Assembly (NCBI RefSeq): GCF_018977255.1
Contig: NW_024704742.1
Coordinates: 744,001 to 808,000, forward strand
DNA from: Callorhinchus milii
Lineage: Eukaryota
Direction of reading: 5' to 3'
DNA length: 64,000 bases
Part shown: positions 12,758-24,636 of the stretch, one piece after another
Layout: each line of letters begins with the position of its first letter
Position numbering within the stretch: position 1 is the stretch's first letter
Program-made: the position numbers and the translations under genes
Notes under the pieces: model-generated
Databases searched by the model: none
What the model was told of the DNA's origin: nothing
What the model saw: only the letters and a program-made list of their open reading frames with translations

Positions 12758-14949
12758 CCAGTCAGCAGCGAGGAACTCTTTGACTTGTTTTACTCGGCCA
12801 AACCCTTGGGGATAGAGTTCAATTAAAGCACCCCAGCGTTGGATCTGGGGAGAGATCAGCTACGGCTGGGGCATTTCAGCTCACACACTGACACTAAAAC
12901 AAACACAAATATTGCCGTAATAAAGTTACTAGGGTTTCCTTTATTATTATTTATTAACTCTTGCCCACTGAAATAAATAGTATGCACATAGCAGGCTTAA
13001 TTTAGCTGAATACAGGGGTGAGTAGAAGAGTGAGTGGGGCACGAAAAGATAAGGGGCTTTGCGAGGAGTCTAAAGGGATTTATAGGTGAGGGTGAGGACC
13101 AAGTCACTGTGTGACAGCAATTGATGTTACTCAGAGATGCGAACAGCACTGGAGTGAATGGGACAAGAGGAAGGAATTGAGATACTGTATTCAGAAGCTC
13201 TTATATCGTTAAAACACCGATAAGAAGACCACTGACAAGATCTCACCTCAGGTTTCCTGGAAACCAGTGATCTGTTCTGCTGTTTGTCCATCCTGCACTG
13301 TCTGTGTGCCACTAAATGGTAAAAGGAGGACTTTATCCTTTTAGTGGCCAGGTTGAGCAGATGGTTTTGTTAGCCTTGTATCTAGTCTCTGTGTTTCTCC
13401 AGGATTTTCAATCCTTTTCTCCCCCCGCCCCGCCGTTTGTTTGACCAGAATTGGTTTAACATCTCTCCGAGCAGTTGCAATGAATGGAGTGGAGTATCGA
13501 GTTAGGCTGCGACTTTAAAGTCATGACGTGGGGCTTGAATCCACAATCTCCTGACTCCGCAGGTTGTAAATAGCTAAGGCACAAGGCTTGTTTAATATGA
13601 GAACCATTCCAAGCAATTTTCTTGGTCTAATACATTGCAGAAACCCAGTATTATGCTTAAGACTATCCCAACCAGACCAAGAGTTCCACATAGGTATGTC
13701 ACACGTGTATGGGATTGTCCTTGTGCCTGAGGGACACACCTGCTGAGCTAATTCCAGAGAGTATTAAGCGCACGTTGGCAAGAGCCAAGGTTTCTGGGCC
13801 AACCCTCAGACCCAGACTGAAACCACAGTCTGGGTACCTGCTCAAGTAGTCGCACTTTTATCCCCTGGGAGATGCCCATTAGGACAATTTTGCGCAGGTC
13901 CTTTTTTGCCAACACGCCTTTTGTTTGCAGAGCAAGCAGTTCAAATGCTGCAGCGCACGGCACTGTTTTGCCAGTCAGCGCCAGACGAACAAAGGTCCGT
14001 TTGTATTTTTTCTCTCAGTAAGGTGACAGAGGGCACAGAGGGTCCTGCACGGCTGTTGACGATTTGGACGGTCAGCGAGGCTATCTATCATTCACTTTTA
14101 CAGCGCAATGCCCAAAAGAGCTCTGGACAAACCACTTTATCTAACTATCAGATGGTTGACATCATTCATTCATAATCCCATCCCGTAGCAAAATATTTCT
14201 GCAAGCATAAAGGGACAACAGTTTTCCACATGCCTTTGGGTGTGTGATATAGATCAGGACAGTCTGGAAAAGCTGTATTTATTTCACGGTGTCGGTGATG
14301 TGCAGTTCCACTCTGAACCAGGTTCATAGGGCACCGAGGCCGAATGACTGGGGCAGAGAGGACCTCACCTTGTGCCATAATCGCACACCGCCTATCAGCG
14401 GAAGGAATAACACTCCATTTCCCCCCCATTATAACTCCAATTATAAATGCTGTTGTACTGGGTGAAAATATGACCTTCTCCCAAACTTGACAGGTGTTAA
14501 TGTTATGTTTAATGTCAGACTATTAATTTTTTAGTCCAAAAAAAAGAAGCTTAATGTCATCGAACATCTGATCAAAAACTTTCACTTCGTATTTTTGAAC
14601 CTTTAATTGTCCACACAATCAGTAACTTACAGTAAAAATAATTATCCTTACACTTGATATAGTGCCTGTCAGATCAGGAGGCCAGCTCCCAAGTGCTTCA
14701 CAGCGTTTACTGTAAAGTGTAGTGACATTGCAGCAAAGAAGGACAGGACTTTGTGAACACCCTGTACATCGCGGAGGCTCGGAGGGTCAGGTGGCTTTGA
14801 TAAACTGCAGGAATTGAGGTCTCCTGGTTTAATAGCGTCAACTTAACCCCTCGACATGTTAGTGTTGCGTTTCAGCCTGAGACGTACGGTGCAAAGCTAC
14901 TTAAAAATGCGGGTTCATGACCAGCGAGGATCAGGGAATCATGCTCCGC

Positions 14950-15018
14950 CACTGTCAAGCGCTCTGGAAAGCTATGCTACACGAGGGGGTGCTATCTAAA
15001 TGCAAGTTGTTGTTGTTG
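14950..15018 (+). mobile_element. L2-type tail, second (TTG)n lineage
   Basis: tcaagcgctctgg...gagggggtgctatctaaatgcaagttgttgttgttg; related copies at 2341-2382, 39415-39570, 49352-49418 and 53025-53085. Confidence 0.7.
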
Positions 15019-16624
15019 AGTAGTAGGGAATCCATTACACAGGGGGAGCTTCAGACATGAGAATAGGGGGGTGGGGATCGGGGGAGAGAGGGAGAGAAAG
15101 GCAGATTGGGAGTCATTTTACACCGTGAGGCTTTCTGCTGGCTAAAGAGTCGATCACAGTTGATGTAACCCTGAATACGTTGGTTATAAATGGTCATTTG
15201 AAACACAAGCGGCTTATACTAAACCATTTTAACACTCAAAGACTTTTAATTCTAAAGCTCCTTCAAAAGGTCGCCAGAATGGAATTCCACCTGACCAAAA
15301 GGGGCTGACGGAGACCTGACGATGAACCGTAATTCACGTCAGGTCGCCCTGTGCGGTACAGGATTTTCTCTGCCTGGCTCAGTCGCGAGCACTCTGACCG
15401 CTCTCACCTTCTAAGTCAGTCGTTTACAGGTTCAAGCCCCGTGTCGTGACTTCGAACTGGTTTCTACCCTAGGACAGTTTTGGCCAACTTTTTCGGTTGG
15501 CCGACTAAATACATTTTACTTGATTGAATATTTCTCGAGGCATTGATTTGGAACGGACTTGCCTGGCTCGGGTGCGAATGTTAGGTGGGCCACTTCCTGC
15601 GCCCCGCGGGACACAGGTTGGCTACCACTGCTCCAGGTCGAAACTCTGGGGAAAGACGAGTCACTGCGCTTTGCAGTAAATCCTGTGAAACTCTTTGGGT
15701 CGTCGTCATATCAAGTATAAGGTTTTTACGAGCATTATTATGGCGGGAACACTGACTATGTAAACTTGTAGGCTGATGTGCTGGCCATTTATTGTGTGTT
15801 TCAGGGTGAGATGGGCTCTGCTCTCTGTGGGGGGGGGGGCTTCCTGTGTTGCTTTGCATTTCACAGTTGGCTGTGAAGCAATTGGTTGATTACCCGGTGG
15901 GACCAAGTGGCACAGGATTGCGATCAGATGTTACCCCAGCAAGCGGCGTCAGCATTTCCTACCTCTGGGCTCAAATGCATTTGATCCTTCGCTGATGCGT
16001 AATGAGCTGCAGGCAAAGGAAGCACAACATCCCAACAATTTGAGGCGAGGTGTTAAAAGCGTTGTTTCCTTTGTTTACCTGTTGACATTTCGCTTGTTCT
16101 GACCCAGCAAAAGTCCGGGCACCAGAGTTAACCTCTTTTACAGGTTATCTTCTTGTGTTTGTGTGCGAAGGTTTGGGGGATTTAAAGTAAAGGGATGATA
16201 ACCTCGGCTTTAATCACTTTTAGTGAAATTAATGAGGCAGTGCCGGCTTCTGACTCCAGAAGGTACTTTTCTAAGATCCTATTAGGGCGCTAACTGTTTG
16301 TTCTGTTAATTCAGAGAAGTTGATTTAGTTTTGAGCTCCATTGAGTTTCCAGATAAAATTGATCATTCACTTCATGGCTGTTTGTGAGACATTGGCTATC
16401 GCATTCACGTAAAGTCACTAAACTTTACAGCAGATCCTGCGAAGCACTTTGAGACACCTCCCTGGACATGAAAGGCGTTACATCAAAAGCACGAATTATT
16501 ATAGTTATAATCAATGATAATAAATCTTGACCTTTTATGAACAACCGTGGTTCAGACAGTCAGGTGAACTCTGAAAGTGTCACCGAGATGCCTTCACAGA
16601 TACATTCATTGATCTGGTAACTAT

Positions 16625-16941
16625 GGAGTCCTGTAGCTCAGTGGTAAGAGCGATCGCCTCGCGAGCGAGAGATGGATTTGATACTCAGGCAGGGCGAAAT
16701 GTTGGGCAAGTTTCCTTACTCCACACCACTCTGTTTACCAGCAGTAAGTAGGAACCCGGTTGTTAATCGATTGGTGGATTGCTTATAATCCCTAAAAAAA
16801 TACTGCTGCTGTAGGCAATTGGCTCCCGAGTTTTGCCCACAAATATACAGTCAATTCACTTTACAGTGTATTCTGCGAAGTGCTTTGAGACGTCGAGAAG
16901 ATGTGAAAAACGCTATAACAAATGCAAGGATTAGTACTATT
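16625..16941 (+). mobile_element. Full-length family A SINE
   Basis: ggagtcctgtagctcagtggtaagagcg...gggcaagtttccttactccacacc...cgctataacaaatgcaaggatt. Confidence 0.9.
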
Positions 16942-17469
16942 CAAAGCAGTACAAAAGGAATGATTTAATCTTGCGTCTCCAATGCATTTCCCTTCCTGCT
17001 CAATCAATCTCTCTCTCTCTGGCATTTCAGAAGCATCTTGGTCTTGTGTGGGTTCTGATTTTTTTTATATATATGCAGGCGTGCAAAAACTGATGTGGGA
17101 CTTTGATAATCTGTTCATCAGTGTGGTTAAAGGGATCAGTTTACATCAGTATCCGGGTGCGATGATTATCCAGACTGTTGTGATTCTGTTTAGAAGGGCA
17201 GCTTCTCAAGGTTCCTGAAACGTGGTGGAAAGATATTGACTGGCTCACGCTCAGTTGAGCTTCCCAACATCTCGCACCACATCAGGTAATAATAGTCCTT
17301 GCATTTGCTGTAGTACCTCTCACGTCAGGAGAGCGTCTCAAAACACCGCATGGGCTACACTGTAAAGTGTGTATTTGCAGCAACCGATTTGCGCACAGCA
17401 TATTCAAGTCAGGGAAAGAGTGCAGTGCCCTCAGTGCAAACAGGCATGTTACATCTCATTGTGTATGAA

Positions 17470-17810
17470 ATATAATAATACTTGAAATTGACATAACTCC
17501 TTGCGCATTGGGAGGTCGTCTCAAAGCGTGGCACAGGATATACTCCAAAGTAGAGTGATTGTGTTGCGTGGGACATGGCAGCAACCAATTTGCACACAAC
17601 AATGTCTCATAAACCTCCTTGAATTGAGTGACCAGTTTTGTTTCGGAATTGTTGCTCGGGACACCACGAGAAACTCCCTTCTCTTTATCCAGTAGTGCCG
17701 TGAGATGTTTAACATCCACCTGAATGGTTTAATACCTCATCTGAAGCACCCCCCAACTCTCGGCAATGCCGTGCACTCCCCAGTTCTACATTGGAGCTTC
17801 AGCCCAATGA
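17470..17810 (-). mobile_element. Deu-domain SINE
   Basis: Minus strand carries the core tcaggtggatgttaaacatctcacggcactactggataaagagaagggagtttc and the shared 3' module. Confidence 0.75.
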
Positions 17811-18884
17811 TGTCAGGGGCGACCCACATTGTTCGCTGTTGCCCTCTGCCTTTTTCCACTGACCAATCTGACCAGTGCTGGAGTCACTTGCTGGCTGAAG
17901 GCAGGAGACTTATTCCAGCTTTGAGATGAATCGCTGCCTGGTATTTGTTGCCTGATGTGCTGGAGAAACCGCAGTGGAATCCAGGGCAGGAAATTGTTCC
18001 TTCAAGTACATCCTGTAACAGAAGTTTCTGTTGGAACAAATATTTTAAACTTTTATTATGTTATTAATAAATATTTGAGTTCCTCTGGGAGCGGGGTGGG
18101 GGGGTGGGATGGGGGGGGTGGCGGGGGCCGGAATTAAAAAGTTAGAGAAACTCCATTCACAGTCGTACTTGGCATCTCATGGGTGTTGTAACATCCTCCT
18201 AAACGAGAAGATAATTGTCAATTCCTAGTACCTAAATCCCCATTTTTTAAACCAACTGTTTTAAATACTCGTTGAGTTGAGTAAGGAAAGGGTTGCAGGA
18301 TGTGTGCGAGACTAAACAGTGGAACTTTCCCTATGAACTTACCATCAAAAGTGGAGGTGCACATGTCATTGTTTTGGGCTCTTAGTAGGATTTTGCAACG
18401 AGCCTGAGTGTGTCGCATTTTCTGCCAACCTCTCCCTAAGGCTAGGAGGAAAGAGCGTATCTATAGAGTGATCTACATCAAAATACCTTGTGGGTTTTAC
18501 AGTCATTATATCGCCCACAAAATACCCAGTCAGCGCTTTGAGACTTCTCAATGATCTGATAAGGCGCTATATCAAATGCAAGGATTATTATTATTATTAT
18601 TGTTACTATTATCGTGGTGACTCTTTTTTCAGGCACCAGCAGCTGCCAGTACGCACACAACAAAGTCCCACAAACAGCCAAGAGGTGGATGACCAATTTT
18701 GCCTGTACTTTTCACAAGAAAATAAATTCTCGTTTTGAATATGACTATGGGATCCTTAACATCTATCTGGGCACAGGAAGACAGGGGCAAATATCATTTG
18801 CTTGACCCCCCCCCCCCCTCCTTTGGCAAGATGGTCCAGTCCTGTCTAGGTTTCCAGTCTTGTTCTGCACTTGTGTATCCTGAG

Positions 18885-19345
18885 CTACATTTACACTTAA
18901 AGAGCCTTTCACAGAGGAAGTGCTCACAAAATGCTTCTCAGAGAGTGGGAGCCTGGGCTGTGTGGGAGAACCAGGGGGTAGGTGGGAGACAGCCGAAGAG
19001 AGGTTTTTGAATGGGTTTTGAAAGCAGAGGGAGAGAGGAATTTAGGGAGTGAGTTCCAGAGAATGGGAGCGAAGTGGCTAAAAGCTTGTCTACCGACGGT
19101 TGGGTGGAGGGGGCGGGAGACATAAAGCATGTTAGAGATTGCCCGAGGAGAGGGTCTGGGCAGAGGAATAGACCACAATGTACCACACGGGTCGGGAGGG
19201 ACTAGGACATGGAAGATTGTGAAGGTTAGAATAAGGAAATTAAAGTCGATTTGCTGGGGGATAGGGAGCCATTGGAGTTCGGCGAGGATGGGAGTGTTGG
19301 GCTCATGGAGCTTTTTGCGGGAAAGAAGGTGGGCTGTGGAGGTCT
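18885..19345 (-). mobile_element. L2 LINE 3' fragment
   Basis: Minus strand translates as TPILAELQWLPIPQQIDFNFLILTF...GRQAFSHFAPILWNSLP...SAFKTHSKT, typical of the L2 ORF2 C-terminus. Confidence 0.85.
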
Positions 19346-20124
19346 GGATGCCTCATTTGACTCGGTGGTCTCTTGCAATCTTGAATGTGCTTACTTTTAT
19401 TTATTGATTGATTGATTTTTTTTAATTCACTTGACAGTATATTCTTCAAAGCTCTTTGAGACGCCATAACCACGTGAAAAGGCACCATATCAAATGCAAG
19501 CTTTATTATTATTACTTTTAAGTTAACTCTGCTTGCATCTATTTTAGCTGACAGTGTCCTGTTTTGGTGACAGACCCTTCTTGCTTTGTTTGGCATGAGG
19601 ATAGTGCCAGTCGTAAGACCGCATCTGAAATTCAGGCCAAAGATTGTATCTCTGTTTCATTTATCTCAGGAAATAATGGTGGTGGAATTTTATCTGTCAC
19701 TGCATGCCTCTTCCGTGGAAGGGAAGTATAGTTTTATTGATGCTCGCAGAGGCTCAGCATTCTATACCGATGGAAGCAAGGGACATTAGCCAACGGCATG
19801 GACATTAGGTAAATCCATTACTAAGCAATGTCTAGCTAAATGCCTCACTGAATGCATTTCATTATGTTGTTTCTCAGTGGGATAGGAACAAGGAGAATAG
19901 CTTGAGCTTCCTTTAGTTGCACTATTCCCATCTTGTGAGCCAATATGCAAAGAGTTTCTCGTGATTGTATCTTCCAGACTCATGCATGGAGCAATCTAAC
20001 TTAACTGTCTTGATCTGACAACCCGAGACAACAAGTGCTTGGGGAAAGAGGACGTGGGGGCATAGGGGTTCTGAGGTTTTCAAGTATGGTATATGACTGA
20101 TTTTATTTCTGCCCACCAATTTTA

Positions 20125-20240
20125 TTTTCACCCACAAAATGTACAGTCAATTCACTTTACAGTATATTCTGTGAAACGCTTCGAGACGTCTCGAAGATGA
20201 GATAAGGCACTATATCAAATGCAAGGATTATTATTATTTA
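20125..20240 (+). mobile_element. Headless family A SINE tail
   Basis: cacccacaaaatgtacagtcaattcactttacag...cactatatcaaatgcaagg(att)n. Confidence 0.85.
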
Positions 20241-20374
20241 TAAGCAGATAAGAGATTTTAAGATGTTGCCCAAAGGCACAGTTTGAAGGCAAAATAGTTT
20301 TGAAAGAAAGTTTTACAGGAGAAAGACTTGGCAACTCAAGACTGGGCCATTAATGGTGGAGTGAATCGTTCACA

Positions 20375-20520
20375 TGATAATAATAATATTAATCCTTGCA
20401 TCTGATAGAGTGCCTTATCAAAGCACTTCACAGAATCTACCGTAAAGTGAAATGACTGTATTTTGTGGGCGAAAGGCGGCAGCCAATTGCGCACAGTAGC
20501 GTCCCACAAATATTCGTGGG
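20375..20520 (-). mobile_element. Headless family A SINE, inverted relative to 20125-20240
   Basis: Reverse complement of the same 3' module. Confidence 0.85.
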
Positions 20521-21151
20521 TTGATATAACTTGTAAAGTGCTTTCAGCAGTGCACAAACCTTCACTTTGCATGCTGCATCTCTGAAGGTTGCTTGGGGTG
20601 TAAGATTTCAAATGTACTAACCCATACTTGGTTGTCATTGTCACAGCAAGCGGTCGCATTTACGTAGCACTTTACCAGAAATGTCTGAAAATGCTCGGTA
20701 GGTCAGTTACACGCTTCTTTTCTTTTTAAAAACAACAGTCAGTGCTCCATTAAAAAAAAACTTCTTTCAATCGCTGTTTTGATAGCCGGATTTGGTGTTT
20801 CTTGACGATTCGCCTCCTATTGATGTGTGTTGCATGACTCGTGTTTTTTTTTAAAAAAAAGAAGAAAGCACTCAGTGTGCACGCTATATTGTTATGGTGG
20901 AGACATGTACATGCAGAGTTCTTGTGAATGGAACTTCCTGATGTGAGTCTCTGGCACCTGGAAAGAATTGTTTGGCATTCCTGTGGCTGAGGGGCACTGA
21001 CTTCCACAGGCGCTGATTGGAGGACAAAGACAATAAGAAGAGGAGGCCCCATATCCGTGTTGTTCCCGGTGTTCCTTTTGTAATCCCTGCCTTTTCTTTG
21101 AAAGGAAAGCCGACCGCAAATCCTCCACGGTGCAGAAAGGTCAGGAGTCAG

Positions 21152-21181
21152 CTCGGCCTTTTGGCTCAGATCAAGTGCAGT
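21152..21181 (+). pseudogene. 5' fragment of U2 snRNA (truncated pseudogene-like)
   Basis: ctcggccttttggctcagatcaagtgcagt versus U2 CTCGGCCTTTTGGCTAAGATCAAGTGTAGT (from memory) gives 28/30 identity. Similarity stops at the branch-point-recognition region. Confidence 0.75.
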
Positions 21182-21284
21182 TCCAGCTGAGCTCTGTCAC
21201 GGCTGTTTATCTGGTACAAGAGATCACTTCTGTCTGTTGGTCGGTCGGTCCGTCTGTCCGTTTGTCTGTCTGTCTTCTGTCTGT

Positions 21285-21553
21285 CTGTTCAGGTGGATGT
21301 TAAAGATCCCATAGCACTGTTCAAACAGAGAGGTAGTTTTGTCCAATGTCCCGGCCAACAATCTCCCAAGATAAAATAGGTTGTTCATTTCATGGCTGTT
21401 TTGTGGGACATCGCTGTGCACAAAATTGCCTGCTGCTGCTGTTTGCCTACAAAATACACAGTCACCGCACCTTATAATAAAGCGCTGTGAAGGCACGTTA
21501 GGCATCCTCCTGACGAGAAAGCCGTCATATCAAATGTGACGATTATTATTATC
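21285..21553 (+). mobile_element. Deu-domain SINE, 3' part, preceded by a (TCTG)n-like run
   Basis: ctgttcaggtggatgttaaagatcccatagcactgttc...gctgttttgtgggacatcgctgtgcacaaaattg...(att)n. Confidence 0.8.
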
Positions 21554-21659
21554 ATACGGAGAGCATCACCTGGCAAGCTGTGTTGATGCATTCGGAAGGG
21601 TGGGCGGGAGGGGAGGAAGTTGGCAACATTCCCATCTCTAGGTCAGGAGGTTTCAGCTC

Positions 21660-21845
21660 ACAGCTCTCTCCTGGACTGCGCTCGATAGGCTTTTCAAATG
21701 AGATACTAAAAAGTAAAAGCGTTTTATCTCATCTGAAGGACGGCACCTCTGATAATACTCTGCTCGAGACCAATTTGGGGTTTCAACCCACGACCTTCTG
21801 ATTCAGAGGCAAGAGTGCTACCGACTGAGCCAAGTTGATACCTCA
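21660..21845 (-). mobile_element. Deu-type SINE head fragment
   Basis: Minus strand: ttggctcagtcggtagcactcttgcctctgaatcagaaggtcgtgggttgaaaccc (tRNA-like A and B boxes), then gaggtgccgtccttcagatgaga. Confidence 0.75.
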
Positions 21846-23469
21846 GTTATATATAAGGCATTAAACTCAAAAAGGCTTGGGTGAGAAGGGCAGCGATTTA
21901 CATCATATGCATTGATCTTCCCAAGGCTGATGATGGGCTGCTGAGGGAATGTATGTGTCCCTCAGGCTGATAGCATGAGATTAACTATTATGTTTCACTC
22001 ACCAGCATTTGCCGTGCACACTATTGCACACGGTTTAAACTCGAGATCACTTAGTTTCCAACTCGAAGGGGTACAGATGTGGGAGGAGGGGAGTGTGGGG
22101 CCCATTAATCATTTGCGGTTAAAGGCAATTGCGATGTGAAATCGTCTGAAAATAGTCATTAAAGCGCTTTCAGGTTGGGTTTTGAGATCTGATATCTGGA
22201 TTGCAAAACAACTCAATCAGCATTTCGTGACAAAATTAATGTGCATTTAGTTGAGGTGTTTTTCTTTCTCGACCCATCTTAAGAAGCCTCCTGTACGAGC
22301 TCTCTTCATCTGTTTTCATCTTCAAGGCCCTTCAAGGAACCGGACTAGAGACCGTCAAGGAGGGAGGGGCTCGATACCGGTATTCTGTTTCCAGACATGT
22401 CATCTTGAAGCCAGTTCAGCTCCAAGGAGAAACTGCTTACCTCCCCCCCCGCAAGGAGGATAGTCACCTTTCTAATGTACATATGACGAGTGCCTCCATT
22501 TCCCTCTCTTATAGCATGTCAGAGGAGCGGACACCACTGTTTGTCAAAGAAGGCTATGAGTTAATGACTCCCTCCTCTCCGGTCCATCATTGGTTTAGTA
22601 ACCTGGTAGGACATAGTGGGGGGAGGTGCAAGTGATGTAAGGAAAGAGATTGCAAGCATAGTCCAGATCATCAACCTGAGTTAATAACTTATTTATGCCA
22701 TTATTACAGTAACCTGAATTAATAACACATCATTATTATATTAATCGGTAAAACAATAATTTATATCATTATTACTGTAATCTGAATTAATAATTTATTG
22801 ATATAATTATTATTAGTGCGTTGGAATAACGTTTGTTAATAAACAGTGAAAATTATGTTGCCTCCTCCACTTCTCCCTTTCCCACTCCCTCCCTTCCCAC
22901 ATTAAATGGGACATTCTTCATGTGCCATTTGATATCTGATCTTCTCATATTTATATGAAAATATTAATTGGAAGGTATCAGAGTACAAACTTTTCTCTCT
23001 TTCCCCTCCGGAGGTGATTTTTTCCCCCTTTCTTTCCCTTTCAGTTCTGCCAGTGCCGGCACAGATGGAGATTAAGCCACTTTACCTTCAGAGCAAATCT
23101 TCCCTTCCAACTCACTTGTTTGATGAGAATGTGCATCCACAGTATAAACAACACAGGCATGTGCATGCCCTGTCTCCAGCACTGCGTGTTTGCTCTTGGC
23201 TGGAGACACTGCATGTAAACCAGTAACTCACCGATATGTAATTAAGGCTGTGTAAAGCCTCTGGGAAGCATTGCATGTTCCAACAGTGCAAACTGGATGC
23301 TTCTGGTCCTGCCAACTTGCCTGTGACTGGCTGCCTCCTTGTAAAAAGAACAGCGTGCGTGTAGGGTTTTAGAGCTGAAGGTTGGACACTGTTTGGTAAC
23401 AGCTCAAAAGAGAGGTGCCATTGCTTCCTCGAGCTTCTTTGGAGCGTTCTATATCTTGGAAACTACAGT

Positions 23470-23575
23470 TTGTTTCAATCCACGACTGTTTGTGGGACGC
23501 TGCTGTGCGTAATTGGCTTCCGCGTTTCGCCCACAAAATACACAGTCAATCCACTTTACAGCATATTCTGTTGTC
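23470..23575 (+). mobile_element. Family A SINE internal fragment
   Basis: caatccacgactgtttgtgggacgctgctgtgcgtaattggcttccgcgtttcgcccacaaaatacacagtc. Confidence 0.8.
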
Positions 23576-23729
23576 CAATACGATGAGTAAAATAAATTGG
23601 TTATTCACACTCTAGGATCCCCAAGCCCTGACTCATGCCAGCCTGCGCCTAATTCTCTCTGGAATTAGGGAAGCAGAATGCGTCCCTCTAGAACCAGAGT
23701 GCGCATCCGTTCCATTACAAATAAATATA

Positions 23730-23842
23730 TAGATATAATAATCCTTGCATTTGATACAGCGCTTTTCACGTCTTCTCGACGTCTCAAAGCGCTTCACGGA
23801 ATAGGCTGTAAAGTGAATTGACTGTATATTTGTGGGCGAAAT
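23730..23842 (-). mobile_element. Family A SINE tail
   Basis: aataatccttgcatttgatacagcgcttttcacgtc...aagcgcttcacgg. Confidence 0.85.
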
Positions 23843-23974
23843 CTCCATCACGGTGGGATACATGCAACTCTGTTTGGTTTGGATGTCCTTAAGCATGGTG
23901 ATGGGTTTCAGCACGTGTCAGACACTCGGATGACCAAAAAAGATTCAGCTAATAGCAATAATAATTGTGTGTCA

Positions 23975-24085
23975 AACAAAAACAGAAGTGGCTGGGAACA
24001 CTCAGCCAGTCGGGCAGTATCTATGGCGAAAGAAAAGTGAGTCAACGTTTCGGGTCCACGACGAAGGGTATTTTGTATTTTGTTT
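23975..24085. mobile_element. Short fold-back insert resembling Penelope-like element termini, with a 14-bp target-site duplication
   Basis: Exact direct repeat ataattgtgtgtca at 23961-23974 and 24086-24099. Imperfect inverted ends (aacaaaaacagaa / ttttgtattttgttt). The interior (ctgggaacactcagc...gtcaacgtttcgggtc...gacgaagggt) resembles a common chondrichthyan Penelope-associated repeat as I recall it. Confidence 0.7.
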
Positions 24086-24189
24086 ATAATTGTGTGTCAG
24101 TCTGACTCTGGTAGAGGTTTCACGTAAATCAGAAGGTTTGTAATTTTGAAATCCTAGCCTCCTAATGGGGAGGGGGGCAGGGTGGGGGG

Positions 24190-24512
24190 AGCATTGAATT
24201 GTCGGAGGTGTCAGCCTTCAGATGAATCGTTAAACTAAGGTCCCGTCTGGCTGTTCAGGTGGATTGATAAAGGTCCCATGGCACTATTTGAAAAGACAAG
24301 GGAGTTTTGCCCAGTGTCCTGGCCAACAACCCCCCAAATTTACTTCATGGCTGTTTGTGAGACATTGCTGTGTGCAAATAAACTGCTGCGTTCACCTGCA
24401 AAACACAGTCACTACACTTTGTAGTATTACATTTTACACTTTATCCTGTGGAGCTCTTTGAGACGTCCTGACCATGTGAAAGGTATTAAATATATTACAT
24501 CAAATGCAAGTG
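24190..24512 (+). mobile_element. Deu-domain SINE
   Basis: ggaggtgtcagccttcagatgaatcgttaaactaaggtcccgtctggctgttcaggtggattgataaaggtcccatggcactatttgaaaag, then the 3' module. Confidence 0.85.
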
Positions 24513-24636
24513 CTGAACTGTATTGTTTTTATTATTGTCTAATTTAAAGTCGAGAGAACATGAGTTTAAGATTATTTTTCCCAGATGTTTGCCAGAGTAT
24601 GGAATTAATTTTTTCTATGGTCGGTGGTGCGGAAAA

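Noticed and set aside
21152..21181. Functional U2 snRNA gene
   Set aside because: Only about 30 nt match; there is no Sm site or 3' stem-loops, and the branch-recognition sequence is mutated.
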